Positions 1 to 11,126 of a stretch of DNA of 64,000 nucleotides are shown in pieces; the first letter of the stretch is position 1, and each line of letters opens with the position of its first letter. The stretch spans positions 3,456,001 through 3,520,000 of the forward strand of contig OY762069.1 of NCBI GenBank assembly GCA_963665095.1, in the 5' to 3' direction. The stretch comes from an uncultured Desulfobacter sp. GTDB taxonomy: Bacteria; Desulfobacterota; Desulfobacteria; Desulfobacterales; Desulfobacteraceae. A program made the position numbers and the translations under genes. The notes beneath the pieces are model-generated. The model was not told where the DNA came from and made no database searches. It saw only the letters and a list, made by a program, of their open reading frames with translations.

Positions 1-534
1 TTCGGCGCCATTGTGGCCAAGGTCAAGGCAGATGCCCCGGATGCCATTTACGCCTCCGGTTACTATTTCACAGCAGGCCCCCTGGTCACCCAGCTTCGGG
101 CGGCCGGCGTTGATGTCCCTGTCATCGGCCAGGAAGGCTACGACTCCCAGAAATTCATCGAAATCGCCGGCAAAGCAGCAGAAGGTGTCATTATCACCAC
201 CTCCCTGGACCGGGATTCCGACGTACCTGAAACCAAAGATTTCATCAAGGCCTTTGAAGCCCTGGCCGGGTACCCGGCAGATATGGTGGCAGCCTCTGCC
301 CATACTGCAGTCAGGGCCGCAGTCCTGGCCATTAAAAATGCCGGTTCAACAGATCCCGCCAAAATCAGGGACGCCCTGGCTGACATCCACATGAAAGCCT
401 CCACCGGCACCATCCACTTCAATGCCCTGGGCGAGGTCATGAAAGCGGTCCAGAACCAGGTGGTCAGAGACGGACAGTGGCATCACCACTCCGTCATTGA
501 CGATCCGGCTCTGCTGGCGCCGCCTGAAAAATAG
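1..534 (+). CDS. Branched-chain amino acid ABC transporter substrate-binding protein (5'-truncated by window edge)
   Basis: LivJ/K-like C-terminal half (…GTIHFNALGE…), open from window start, upstream of permease and ATPase genes. Confidence 0.85.
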   Translation, partial: FGAIVAKVKADAPDAIYASGYYFTAGPLVTQLRAAGVDVPVIGQEGYDSQKFIEIAGKAAEGVIITTSLDRDSDVPETKDFIKAFEALAGYPADMVAASAHTAVRAAVLAIKNAGSTDPAKIRDALADIHMKASTGTIHFNALGEVMKAVQNQVVRDGQWHHHSVIDDPALLAPPEK

Positions 535-545
535 GGGCATCCCAG

Positions 546-1406
546 GTGCTGTTTTTTGAACTCATTGTCCAGGGACTGATCCAGGGGTCGACCTACGCCA
601 TTATTGCCGTGGGTCTGACCCTGGTCTACGGGCTGTTACGCATCCTGCATGTGGCCCATGCCGGCCTGTTCACCCTGGGGGCCTATCTCGGGGTGATCGT
701 GGCCAACCACACCGGCAGCCTGGGTCTTGGCATGGCTGCGGCCGCCACAGGCTCGGCCCTGGTGGGCATGGCCATTTACCGGCTGGTGTATGAACCCATT
801 CTATCCCGGCCCCCCTATGTGGCGCTCATTGCCTCCATCGGGCTTTACATCGGCATGGAAGAGCTCTTCCGCCTGATCTTCGGCCCCTTTGGCATGAGCT
901 TTACCGTCCCGCCCCTCCAGGATGTGGTCCAGGTGGCAGGCATCCATCTGCGCACCTGCCAGATCGCCACAGTTGTGATCAACCTGGTGCTCCTGGGCAT
1001 CCTTGCCTGGGTCTCCCAGGGCACAAGGGTGGGGACCGGCTGGCGGGCCACGGTGGATGATCCCAAGATGGCCGCCTGTTTCGGCATTGACCCCATAAAG
1101 GTCCGCTACCTGGTATTTGGCATGGGATCTGCCCTGGCCGCTGTGGCAGGGGTGATGGTGGCCCTGCTGAGCAACCTGGTGGAGCCCACCATGGGAGCGG
1201 TTCCCTCCTACAAATCCCTGGCCATTATCGTGTTAGGCGGCCTTGGCAATGTGGGCGGCACCCTGATAGCATCCCTGGTATTAGGCGTGGTGGAGGCATT
1301 CGGCACCATCTATCTGGGCAGTATTCTGGACCGGGATGCCATTGCCTTTGCCTTTTTAATTCTGGTGCTCATGATCCGGCCCAAGGGCCTGTTTACCTCG
1401 AGGTGA
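546..1406 (+). CDS. livH: Branched-chain amino acid ABC transporter permease (LivH-like)
   Basis: GSTYAIIAVGLTLVYG…HAGLF and IIVLGGLGNVGG motifs, hydrophobic, C-terminal RPKGLF. Confidence 0.9.
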   Translation: MLFFELIVQGLIQGSTYAIIAVGLTLVYGLLRILHVAHAGLFTLGAYLGVIVANHTGSLGLGMAAAATGSALVGMAIYRLVYEPILSRPPYVALIASIGLYIGMEELFRLIFGPFGMSFTVPPLQDVVQVAGIHLRTCQIATVVINLVLLGILAWVSQGTRVGTGWRATVDDPKMAACFGIDPIKVRYLVFGMGSALAAVAGVMVALLSNLVEPTMGAVPSYKSLAIIVLGGLGNVGGTLIASLVLGVVEAFGTIYLGSILDRDAIAFAFLILVLMIRPKGLFTSR

Positions 1407-1409
1407 GAT

Positions 1410-2264
1410 ATGGGACTTTATGAAATCAGCCTGGCGGTAAATGTCGGCATCAATATCATCCTGGCCATCGGCCTGAACCTGATCACGGGATACTGCGGCC
1501 AGATATCCCTGGGCCATGCCGCCTTTTTCGGCATCGGCGCTTACACTGCCGCCCTTCTGGCCAAGGCAGGCTTTCCCCTGGCAGCCACCCTTGGGGCCGG
1601 CTGCGTGCTGGCGGGGATGGTGGGCGCGCTCATCGGGCTGACCAGCCTGAGGGTCCGGGAGGACTTTCTGGCTATTGTCACCATGGGCGTGGCGTTTCTG
1701 TTTGTGGGGATTGTCCGGCAGCAGGATGTGCTGGGCGGTGAAATGGGGATCTCAGGCATTCCCTCCCACGGCCTTGGGCAGTGGGGATTTTTAGGTCTTG
1801 TCTGGGCCCTTGTGCTGGTCTGCATCCTCTACGCCTGGCATGTGAAGCGCTCCTGGATGGGGTTTGCCTTTGATGCCGTGGCAGACGATGAGGAGACCGC
1901 AAAGGTACTGGGCCTGGATGTAAAGGCCTATAAAATTGCCGCCTTTGCCATGGGCACGGCTATGGCAGGAATCGCCGGTGTGCTGTACACCTATTTCACC
2001 CGGTTCATTGTGCCGGATACCTTCGGGTTTATCCAGTCCATCACCATCTTATCCATTGTGGCGGTGGGGGGGATCGGGTCCATTGCCGGCTGTGTGGTAT
2101 CCGCCATTATCCTGGTGCTCATGCCGGAGTTCTTCCGGTTCATCAACGACTACAAACTGCTGCTCTACGGGGTGCTGCTCTTTTCCGTGATGCGCTTTGC
2201 TCCTGAAGGCCTGGCCGGTATTTTCAGGCAGATATTCAGCCGGAAGGAGGGGCAGAAGGCATGA
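1410..2264 (+). CDS. livM: Branched-chain amino acid ABC transporter permease (LivM-like)
   Basis: GLNLITGYCGQISLGHAAFFGIGAY motif. Confidence 0.9.
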   Translation: MGLYEISLAVNVGINIILAIGLNLITGYCGQISLGHAAFFGIGAYTAALLAKAGFPLAATLGAGCVLAGMVGALIGLTSLRVREDFLAIVTMGVAFLFVGIVRQQDVLGGEMGISGIPSHGLGQWGFLGLVWALVLVCILYAWHVKRSWMGFAFDAVADDEETAKVLGLDVKAYKIAAFAMGTAMAGIAGVLYTYFTRFIVPDTFGFIQSITILSIVAVGGIGSIAGCVVSAIILVLMPEFFRFINDYKLLLYGVLLFSVMRFAPEGLAGIFRQIFSRKEGQKA

Positions 2265-3004
2265 CAGATATACTATCCGTCTCCAATGTCACGGTACGGT
2301 TCGGCGGCCTTTTGGCCCTGGATGAGGTCAGTCTTGAGGTGGGCAGGGGAGAGCTGCTCAGTCTCATCGGTCCCAACGGCGCCGGCAAAACCACCCTGCT
2401 CAAGGCCATTACCGGCACAGTGGCCCCGGTATCCGCCCGGATCTGCCTGGCAGATACAGACATCACCACCCTGCCCACACATAAACGAGCCCGGCTGGGC
2501 CTGGCCATGACCCACCAGATTGTCCGGCCCTTCTCCTGCATGAATGTGCTGGAGAATGTCATGTTTGCAGCAGGCCACAAAAAAACAGGCAAAACCTTTA
2601 AAGCCCTGATGACCCTGGATCGCAAACCGGAGAAAGAGCTGGCCATGGCCTGCCTTGACCGGGTGGGCATTGGCTCTTTTTCCCGGCAGCAGGTAGTCAG
2701 CCAGCCCCTGGGCGTGCTGAAACGCCTGGAAGTGGCCAGGGCGCTGGCGCTCTCCCCCCGGGTGCTGCTGCTGGACGAACCCCTGGCAGGGCTCAACAGC
2801 AGGGAGGCAGCCATGCTGGCCGACACCATCCGGGATATTGCCGGCCAGGGCATGACCATCGTCATGATTGAACATAATTTAAGCGAGGTGCTTCGCATCA
2901 GCGACCGGCTCCACGTCCTGGACAACGGCAGAAACCTGGCCCGGGGCAACCCGGTGGCGGTTATGCAGCAGCCTGCCGTCCGGGCCGCCTATCTTGGAGG
3001 ATAA
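2261..3004 (+). CDS. livG: ABC transporter ATP-binding protein (LivG-like)
   Basis: FGGLLAL, Walker A GPNGAGKT, LLLDEP, AAYLG C-terminus. Confidence 0.9.
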   Translation: MTDILSVSNVTVRFGGLLALDEVSLEVGRGELLSLIGPNGAGKTTLLKAITGTVAPVSARICLADTDITTLPTHKRARLGLAMTHQIVRPFSCMNVLENVMFAAGHKKTGKTFKALMTLDRKPEKELAMACLDRVGIGSFSRQQVVSQPLGVLKRLEVARALALSPRVLLLDEPLAGLNSREAAMLADTIRDIAGQGMTIVMIEHNLSEVLRISDRLHVLDNGRNLARGNPVAVMQQPAVRAAYLGG

Positions 3005-3007
3005 ACC

Positions 3008-3730
3008 ATGTTATTAACCCTTGAAGAGGTCAGCTGCGGCTACGGAAATATGCAGGTGGTCACTGAGGTGAACCTGGCCGTGGAAAAAGGATCTGTCACC
3101 GCCATCCTCGGTGCCAACGGCGCCGGAAAATCCTCTTTGATCATGGCGCTGGCAGGCCATGTTACTGTGACTTCCGGCCACATGATCTACGACAAAACGC
3201 CCATCAATCACCTCTCCCCCATGGAACGGGTCAAACAGGGCATAGCCTTAAGCCCTGAAGGCCGCAGACTTTTCAAGGATTTAAGTGTTAAGGAAAATCT
3301 CGTGGTGGGCGGGTATACCACGGCAAAGGAGCGCTTTGAAAAAAACATGGACAAGGTTATGGCCATGTTTCCCCGGCTGGGCGAACGCCTGCCCCAGAAA
3401 GCCGGCTCTCTTTCCGGGGGCGAACAGCAGATGCTGGCCATTGGCCGGGCGCTTATGGCAGATCCCCGGCTGCTCATGGTGGATGAACTCTCTTTGGGGC
3501 TCATGCCCAAGGCCATCGACATCTGCTATGAGGCGATCCAGGACCTGAACAAAGCGGGTATGACCATTCTTCTGGTGGAACAGAGCACCCAGCGGGCAAT
3601 TGAGGCGTCAGATGCCGTTCTTGTCCTTGAATCCGGCAATACCGTGTGGCAGGGCACCGCGGAAGAGGCAGCCCAAAGCACGGAGATGATTGATTCCATT
3701 TTAGGGCTTCACAGCAGGGAAACTGCCTGA
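3008..3730 (+). CDS. livF: ABC transporter ATP-binding protein (LivF-like)
   Basis: GANGAGKS, LSGGEQQMLAIGRALM signature. Confidence 0.9.
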   Translation: MLLTLEEVSCGYGNMQVVTEVNLAVEKGSVTAILGANGAGKSSLIMALAGHVTVTSGHMIYDKTPINHLSPMERVKQGIALSPEGRRLFKDLSVKENLVVGGYTTAKERFEKNMDKVMAMFPRLGERLPQKAGSLSGGEQQMLAIGRALMADPRLLMVDELSLGLMPKAIDICYEAIQDLNKAGMTILLVEQSTQRAIEASDAVLVLESGNTVWQGTAEEAAQSTEMIDSILGLHSRETA

Positions 3731-3743
3731 CCCCATGTGAACA

Positions 3744-4214
3744 TCAGTTTCTCAGGGTGGCGATCAGCCGTTTGGGATCATCAAAAAAGGAAAATACATC
3801 CAGGATATGCCGGACCATAAGATCCGCAGAGGTGAGCGCAGCCATTGCCATGCCCTCCTCTCCCAGCACCGCGATTCCCAGGCCTGCGTGCTTGAGCATT
3901 AAAGAATCATTGACACCGTTACCCACCGCCATGGTGTTGTCCGCCCCAATGCGGTTCAGTACATCCAGCTTTTTCTGATCCTGATTCTGGTTTGAAATAA
4001 GGACAACATCTGCCTGAATGTCCTCAAGCTGGGCCTTGACCGAGCCAAAGGTATCTGCCGTCACCACATGAAAATCAAGACGGTCGGCCAACCGGTTCAT
4101 GGCCGCCCCCACCCCGTCAATAAGGCGCCCGTCAGTGGCAATGGTGCCGTTGTAGTCAAACATGACATCCGTGATAACGACAGGGCCGTTACCGGGAATA
4201 TCAATACGAATCAT
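3744..4214 (-). CDS. HAD-family hydrolase (soluble P-type ATPase-like)
   Basis: DYNGT motif I, TADTFG, VGNGVND; start moved to ATG 4214 after AGGAGG RBS. Confidence 0.85.
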   Translation of the reverse strand: MIRIDIPGNGPVVITDVMFDYNGTIATDGRLIDGVGAAMNRLADRLDFHVVTADTFGSVKAQLEDIQADVVLISNQNQDQKKLDVLNRIGADNTMAVGNGVNDSLMLKHAGLGIAVLGEEGMAMAALTSADLMVRHILDVFSFFDDPKRLIATLRN

Positions 4215-4529
4215 GTCGCCTCCTTTTTTGTAATGCGTTTTGCATGAACGCCGCCATCTGCAAAGCCTTCTTTTTAATACGTCTGCCATGCAGGTGTGGA
4301 CACATAACACAGCCCCCGGGAAATAACCAGAACAGATTTGCTGTACCGGAACGGGCCTGAATCAAGATGGATGTTATTGTTTGAAATCCGGTTTTTTATT
4401 GTCCTCCCCCTTTCGATAACAGCATATGGATTATCGCATACGAAATATAATGAAAAATACGGACGGCACCTTATCTGCGGCACAGCAGCCAGATCACAGC
4501 CCGCGATTTGTGGACCAATGCCTGATAAA

Positions 4530-5024
4530 ATGTCCTATGTTATATGCTTAATTGACATTGACCATTTCAAACAAATAAATGACACATACGGCCATGAATA
4601 CGGCGACTCAGTCCTCAAGGAGATGTGCGCCCGGATTAAAAAAACAGTCAGAAAACAGGATATCTGTATCCGCTGGGGAGGCGAAGAGTTCCTTATTATA
4701 CTAAGGAACATCAACGCCCTATCTATCCGGGAAGCCACTCAACGTATTCAGACAGCTGTCTCATCAACTTCATTCTCCATTGGAAACCATGATCTCAGGG
4801 TAACGATCTCAGGCGGCATCTATCCGATCCTGCCCTGCTCTGTCGCCAACTTCACCGAAGTTGACACCCTTATAAACATTGCCGACAAAGCCCTTTATTA
4901 TGCCAAAACCAACGGACGGGATCAGTTTATCATGGCCGAGTGTGCGGACGATCTGCCTTGTACCAAAGTTGAGCGGTTTCAATCCACGCCCCCGCATGGA
5001 GGGCGACAATACACAACAATTTAA
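4530..5024 (+). CDS. Stand-alone, probably N-terminally truncated GGDEF diguanylate cyclase domain whose 3' end runs into the CRISPR array
   Basis: DIDHFKQINDTYGH, RWGGEEF, ADKALYYAKTNGRD; no sensor domain; stop lies in the first spacer; start uncertain. Confidence 0.7.
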   Translation: MSYVICLIDIDHFKQINDTYGHEYGDSVLKEMCARIKKTVRKQDICIRWGGEEFLIILRNINALSIREATQRIQTAVSSTSFSIGNHDLRVTISGGIYPILPCSVANFTEVDTLINIADKALYYAKTNGRDQFIMAECADDLPCTKVERFQSTPPHGGRQYTTI

Positions 5025-8000
5025 CTATTGGCAGCTTCCGTGTTTCAATCCACGCCCCCGCATGGAGGGCGACAATCGAATCAAGACTGTCTTTACAAAT
5101 AGGAGATGTTTCAATCCACGCCCCCGCATGGAGGGCGACAACTGTTCGCGATTATATCAGGGCGCATTTACTAGTTTCAATCCACGCCCCCGCATGGAGG
5201 GCGACACATCGTATTGTCTCCGTTTGCCGGGATCGGTTCCGTTTCAATCCACGCCCCCGCATGGAGGGCGACCATAAGGCCGGAAAAAATGTAAGTTTCC
5301 AAGCCGGTTTCAATCCACGCCCCCGCATGGAGGGCGACGTACATCTTTTATTCAGCATTCAGTCAGAATGCTGTTTCAATCCACACCCCCGCATGGAGGG
5401 CGACGCCCCACTTCAACCAATTTTTAAGGAGCAAAAATGTTTCAATCCACGCCCCCGCATGGAGGGCGACCTTTGAGATCACCAAAATCGCACCACTCAC
5501 TGTGTTTCAATCCACGCCCCCGCATGGAGGGCGACCTGTCGTCTGCCGCTGCCTGGCCTGATAATCATTGTTTCAATCCACGCCCCCGCATGGAGGGCGA
5601 CCTGTCCGGGTTTGGTTATTTGGCAAAAAAACCGGTTTCAATCCACGCCCCCGCATGGAGGGCGACTGAAAATAGTACATTTTGCAGATGTCCATTATGA
5701 TGTTTCAATCCACGCCCCCGCATGGAGGGCGACAAATCTCACTGTACACAAGGACCGCAGCATAATGGTTTCAATCCACGCCCCCGCATGGAGGGCGACC
5801 CAGCACGTCTGCCCCATCCAAATTGATATCGTCGTTTCAATCCACGCCCCCGCATGGAGGGCGACACTGATCTTTCTCCCGTCACAACACACCTAACAGG
5901 TTTCAATCCACGCCCCCGCATGGAGGGCGACGCGCCTATGGATCAAAACCAAACACTTCGCCAGGTTTCAATCCACGCCCCCGCATGGAGGGCGACCACG
6001 GAGAAAACCCCAAAGCCAAACTGCGGGTTGTTTCAATCCACGCCCCCGCATGGAGGGCGACAACAGTTCTGGCGATTTCCTTGACACGATAAACGTTTCA
6101 ATCCACGCCCCCGCATGGAGGGCGACAGCAGGTGATGTGGTGGCTGGAAAAACAATTGTGTGTTTCAATCCACGCCCCCGCATGGAGGGCGACGACCACC
6201 ATGAAGGTCCCTTCCAGCGGTGCCCAGTTTCAATCCACGCCCCCGCATGGAGGGCGACGTCAGAGTCCCACACCCGCCAGATCATCAAAGAAGTTTCAAT
6301 CCACGCCCCCGCATGGAGGGCGACATGATTTGGAGTATGCGCTTGACTGGGGGGCAGGTGTTTCAATCCACGCCCCCGCATGGAGGGCGACCAGCGTACC
6401 CACTACCATAATCTGATGAAAGTTGATGTTTCAATCCACGCCCCCGCATGGAGGGCGACATTTACTCATTGTCGTCTCTCCTTGTAAAAAATCGTTTCAA
6501 TCCACGCCCCCGCATGGAGGGCGACAAAGCTGCATAAAATGTGTTATATTTAGAGGCTTGTTTCAATCCACGCCCCCGCATGGAGGGCGACTTACTACCA
6601 AGCAACAAAAAATGTAGTAAATATTGTTTCAATCCACGCCCCCGCATGGAGGGCGACAGGCACTTGGAGTAGGATTGCCTGTTTTTCGACGTGTTTCAAT
6701 CCACGCCCCCGCATGGAGGGCGACTTATTTCCCGGCCCGTGTATGTTCCAACGGATTCGTTTCAATCCACGCCCCCGCATGGAGGGCGACAAGGACACAA
6801 ATTTTGACCGGTTAGCTTTTAGCCGTTTCAATCCACGCCCCCGCATGGAGGGCGACATAATTTTATGTTTATTTAGCCCTATCAATTCCCCGTTTCAATC
6901 CACGCCCCCGCATGGAGGGCGACTTTCGAAATATAGATGTGTTGCAAGCCAGTGACGGTTTCAATCCACGCCCCCGCATGGAGGGCGACCAGATGTTAAA
7001 AAAGGCCTGTTCTAATCCGCTTTCGTTTCAATCCACGCCCCCGCATGGAGGGCGACGTCCGGATCACTGACCGGCCCGCAGTCCGCTTTTGTTTCAATCC
7101 ACGCCCCCGCATGGAGGGCGACAAGCACCGCCGTCGTTACTATGTCTTTTGTCGATGTTTCAATCCACGCCCCCGCATGGAGGGCGACTTTGCCGAAGTC
7201 CAGCAAAAAGGCCCGCAGGTTTGTTTCAATCCACGCCCCCGCATGGAGGGCGACTTCGTTTTGCCATATCCTGTGTTACCCTGGTTCGTTTCAATCCACG
7301 CCCCCGCATGGAGGGCGACCGGCAATGCTGCCATCGGAATTACGGATATTCATCCGTTTCAATCCACGCCCCCGCATGGAGGGCGACGCCCCTGACTTTC
7401 GTGCTTCCGTCGAATTTGTTCTGTTTCAATCCACGCCCCCGCATGGAGGGCGACCTTTTTCAAGGTCCGGATGCAGTGGGACATTGCGGTTTCAATCCAC
7501 GCCCCCGCATGGAGGGCGACCCTCCATGATGGCCATGTTCGTCACTCCCACAGACGTTTCAATCCACGCCCCCGCATGGAGGGCGACAGTCAACAGAGTC
7601 CGACGGCCCGGCCACATGGATGTTTCAATCCACGCCCCCGCATGGAGGGCGACCGATACCGGTAATTTTCTTTCAACGGTCCACCTGTTTCAATCCACGC
7701 CCCCGCATGGAGGGCGACGCGTCACCAGACGGGGTAATTCCCGCGCCAGCCAGTTTCAATCCACGCCCCCGCATGGAGGGCGACAACTTCATACATGTCT
7801 CCGTTCAAAAGGAACGAGTTTCAATCCACGCCCCCGCATGGAGGGCGACCTGCTGGTGCGCGTGCCGGCCCCTTCATATTTACGTTTCAATCCACGCCCC
7901 CGCATGGAGGGCGACCTGCCCTCGGGCAATTCGTGCCGGTTCTGAAGGGTTTCAATCCACGCCCCCGCATGGAGGGCGACACCATCTGCCGATTAGATGT

Positions 8001-8841
8001 GATTAATACCAGTAGTTTCAATCCACGCCCCCGCATGGAGGGCGACTTGAGTTGAGGATATGGCAGAATAAATAGCAAAGGTTTCAATCCACGCCCCCGC
8101 ATGGAGGGCGACTAGGGGTTTTAACCGGTCTTGAGATCGCTTTTTTTGTTTCAATCCACGCCCCCGCATGGAGGGCGACTCCGGCAAGGGCCCGGGCATG
8201 ATCAAGTTTATTTGTTTCAATCCACGCCCCCGCATGGAGGGCGACGTGAAATTTTGGTTCGGCTGATTTCCCCCTGGTCTGTTTCAATCCACGCCCCCGC
8301 ATGGAGGGCGACCTACCGCCTCAAAAAACCAGGCCTCCTCTTCAGGTTTCAATCCACGCCCCCGCATGGAGGGCGACTCTGGCTAAAACAGGCTTTTTAG
8401 CCAGATCAGCCTGTTTCAATCCACGCCCCCGCATGGAGGGCGACATCCGGCACTGCGTTTGTGGGCCGGTTTTTTCCGTTTCAATCCACGCCCCCGCATG
8501 GAGGGCGACTTGTCATCCGTTGTTGGCCGTTGTTGTCATTGACGTTTCAATCCACGCCCCCGCATGGAGGGCGACGCATGTGACCGGCACAAACTGGTTG
8601 GCGTCGTCGGTTTCAATCCACGCCCCCGCATGGAGGGCGACCTGCCTAAAAGTGATGCCATGTTAATGGCATTCACTGTTTCAATCCACGCCCCCGCATG
8701 GAGGGCGACATCGTTAGAGCAAGACAGCGCATACTGGGTAGACGTTTCAATCCACGCCCCCGCATGGAGGGCGACACTGTTCCGGTTGTGACAGTTACAG
8801 AGCGAATCCGTTTCAATCCACGCCCCCGCATGGAGGGCGAC
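4976..8841 (-). CRISPR. Type I-C CRISPR array, leader-distal segment (about 59 repeats, 58 spacers)
   Basis: 32-bp repeat GTCGCCCTCCATGCGGGGGCGTGGATTGAAAC (minus strand) with spacers of about 32-36 bp; one repeat SNP in the unit at about 5373; manual count. Confidence 0.98.
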
Positions 8842-8998
8842 CTGGGTAAAAGCCCGTTTTTGAGAATGATCACAAAAAATCATGGAAAAATTAAAGATAA
8901 TTTGCAAGATATGCCAGGGATGAGGCAGAAGCTCCCCCGTTTATCTCGCAAATAATCAATGGAACTTCTGCCCCTATTACCCTAACAGGGCAGGAGAT

Positions 8999-9574
8999 AT
9001 GCTATCAGAACTTATTAAAAACAAAAATCTTTTTTTCCATCTTTACGAAATCGATAAAAATACAGCAAAACAGTACAGACAGTTGCCTTGTCCGCATTGT
9101 GGAGGCCCCTTATATTTCAGCAATTACATGCGCAAGCCCCGGGGAGAGCCTGAGGGCGTGCCGGAGGAATTCTTTATTCAGTTCAGCCTATGTTGTGGAA
9201 CCGAAGGGTGTCGCAAAAGATTGATGCCGCCGTCCTGCCGTTTTCTGGGGAGAAAAGTCTACTGGTTTGCAGTTATTCTGTGTGTTTTAACAGACTGGCA
9301 AAATACCAATGAAAAAATCACCGTTTATGATTTGTCCATACGAACTGGCATTAGCCGGAACACAATAAACCGCTGGCTTGCCTTTTTTCAGGATACATTT
9401 CCAGTGAGCCGAACCTGGCGAAGGCTTCGGGGGCAGATATCCGCTGGTGTCAGTAACAGCCGTCTGCCGTCAAGTTTCATCAATTATTGCCGGGCGGTGA
9501 AATCCAACGCCGAAAACGCACTTGTATCAAGCCTGATAATCTTATCAGGCGGGTCCAAAATCAGGGCCGGATAA
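8999..9574 (+). CDS. Transposon accessory protein with Zn-ribbon (CPHCGG…CC…GC) and HTH-like segment
   Basis: Cys pattern; GISRNTINRW helix-turn-helix-like segment; AGGAG RBS. Confidence 0.75.
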   Translation: MLSELIKNKNLFFHLYEIDKNTAKQYRQLPCPHCGGPLYFSNYMRKPRGEPEGVPEEFFIQFSLCCGTEGCRKRLMPPSCRFLGRKVYWFAVILCVLTDWQNTNEKITVYDLSIRTGISRNTINRWLAFFQDTFPVSRTWRRLRGQISAGVSNSRLPSSFINYCRAVKSNAENALVSSLIILSGGSKIRAG

Positions 9575-9680
9575 TCTCGCGCAGAGGATGAACATAGACA
9601 AATATATGCAGGCTGTTTTACCACCTGATTTCAGACGTTGATCCGAAATTTTAACCTGAAATTAAAAAGGAGCCTGATTT

Positions 9681-11126
9681 ATGAGTGGTAAAACACAGCA
9701 CCCGGCAGACCTGTGGGCATTATTTCGCTTTTCGGTTATCGGCGGTTTACTGGCACGCCCTCCGGCAAAGGGAGAGTTGCAAAATGAACTGACCCGGCTC
9801 GCAGGTCAAATCTATTCTCATCCTGTGACGAACAAACCGACCTGTTTTCATTTTTCCACAATTGAGGCCTGGTATTACAGGGCAAAAAATTGCCAGGACC
9901 CAATTCTGGCTCTGGGCCGTAAAGTTCGTTCAGATATGGGCAAATCCACAGCATTGAATGCTGAATTGATCCGCCTTCTTGGTGTCCAGTACAACACTTA
10001 TCCGCAATGGAGCTATCAGCTTCATTGCGACAACCTGGCAGCTGAAATCGCTGAACAGGGCCTGTGTGAGAATCCGCCGTCCTATGCAAGTGTGAGAAGG
10101 CGTATGGTTGAACGGGGTTGGAGAAAAAAGGCTTCCAAGAACAAAAATCAAACATCCGGACAGAAATCAGCTTTTAAGCGATTAGAAACGTATGAAGTCC
10201 GTAGTTATGAAACCGAAAACATCCATGAATTATGGCATCTGGACTTTCACGAATGCAGCAGGCGCGTGGTGGACGAAAAAGGTCAGTGGCATACGCCCAA
10301 GGCATTGTGCATTCTTGATGATCGCTCCCGTCTGTGTTGTCATATTCAATGGTATTTGAATGAAACGGCAGAGGTTTTGATCCACGGCTTGTCCCAGGCG
10401 TTTTACAAAAGAGGGCTTCCCAGAGCCTTGATGACAGATAATGGTTCTGCCATGATTGCTCATGAAACCGGCAACGGACTTAAACGATTGGGCGTCAGTC
10501 ATGAGACCACGTTGCCATACTCGCCCTATCAAAATGGGAAGCAGGAAGCCTTTTGGGGTACACTTGAAGGCCGTTTGATCGCCATGCTGAGCCGGATGGA
10601 TTCTTTGACCCTGGTATATTTAAATCAGGTCTCCCAGGCCTGGATCGAGATGGAATACAACAAGTCAACCCATGATGAAATTCATATGTCGCCATTGCAA
10701 TGCGCCCTTGACGGCAAGGATGTGTCACGTCCTGCACCGGAACCTGAACAGCTTCAATTTTCGTTTACAGCCTGTGAATCCAGAAAACAGCGTCTGTCCG
10801 ATGGTACCATCTCTTTGATGGGCATCCGGTTTGAAATCCCTTCACGGTTTAATCATATCCAGCGTCTTCATGTCTGTTTTTGCTCCTGGGATAAATCGGT
10901 TGCCTGGCTGATAGATAAACGAACCGGAAATAAGCTTGCCGCAATTTATCCCCAGGACAAGACAAAGAATGCTTCAGCAATCCGTCGTATCAAATCCACT
11001 CCGGATGAAATTAACCCTGGCCATGAAACCCTGTCCGGATCAGAACCGGCCCTGCTTAAAAAGCTCTTGTCCGATTATGCAGCAACCGGAATGCCTTGTG
11101 CCTACTTGCCAATGGAGGAAAAGTGA
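9681..11126 (+). CDS. DDE-type integrase/transposase (rve core, Mu/TnsB-like C-terminus)
   Basis: WHLDFH, ILDDRSR, TDNGSA, PYSPYQNGKQEAFW motifs. Confidence 0.92.
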   Translation: MSGKTQHPADLWALFRFSVIGGLLARPPAKGELQNELTRLAGQIYSHPVTNKPTCFHFSTIEAWYYRAKNCQDPILALGRKVRSDMGKSTALNAELIRLLGVQYNTYPQWSYQLHCDNLAAEIAEQGLCENPPSYASVRRRMVERGWRKKASKNKNQTSGQKSAFKRLETYEVRSYETENIHELWHLDFHECSRRVVDEKGQWHTPKALCILDDRSRLCCHIQWYLNETAEVLIHGLSQAFYKRGLPRALMTDNGSAMIAHETGNGLKRLGVSHETTLPYSPYQNGKQEAFWGTLEGRLIAMLSRMDSLTLVYLNQVSQAWIEMEYNKSTHDEIHMSPLQCALDGKDVSRPAPEPEQLQFSFTACESRKQRLSDGTISLMGIRFEIPSRFNHIQRLHVCFCSWDKSVAWLIDKRTGNKLAAIYPQDKTKNASAIRRIKSTPDEINPGHETLSGSEPALLKKLLSDYAATGMPCAYLPMEEK

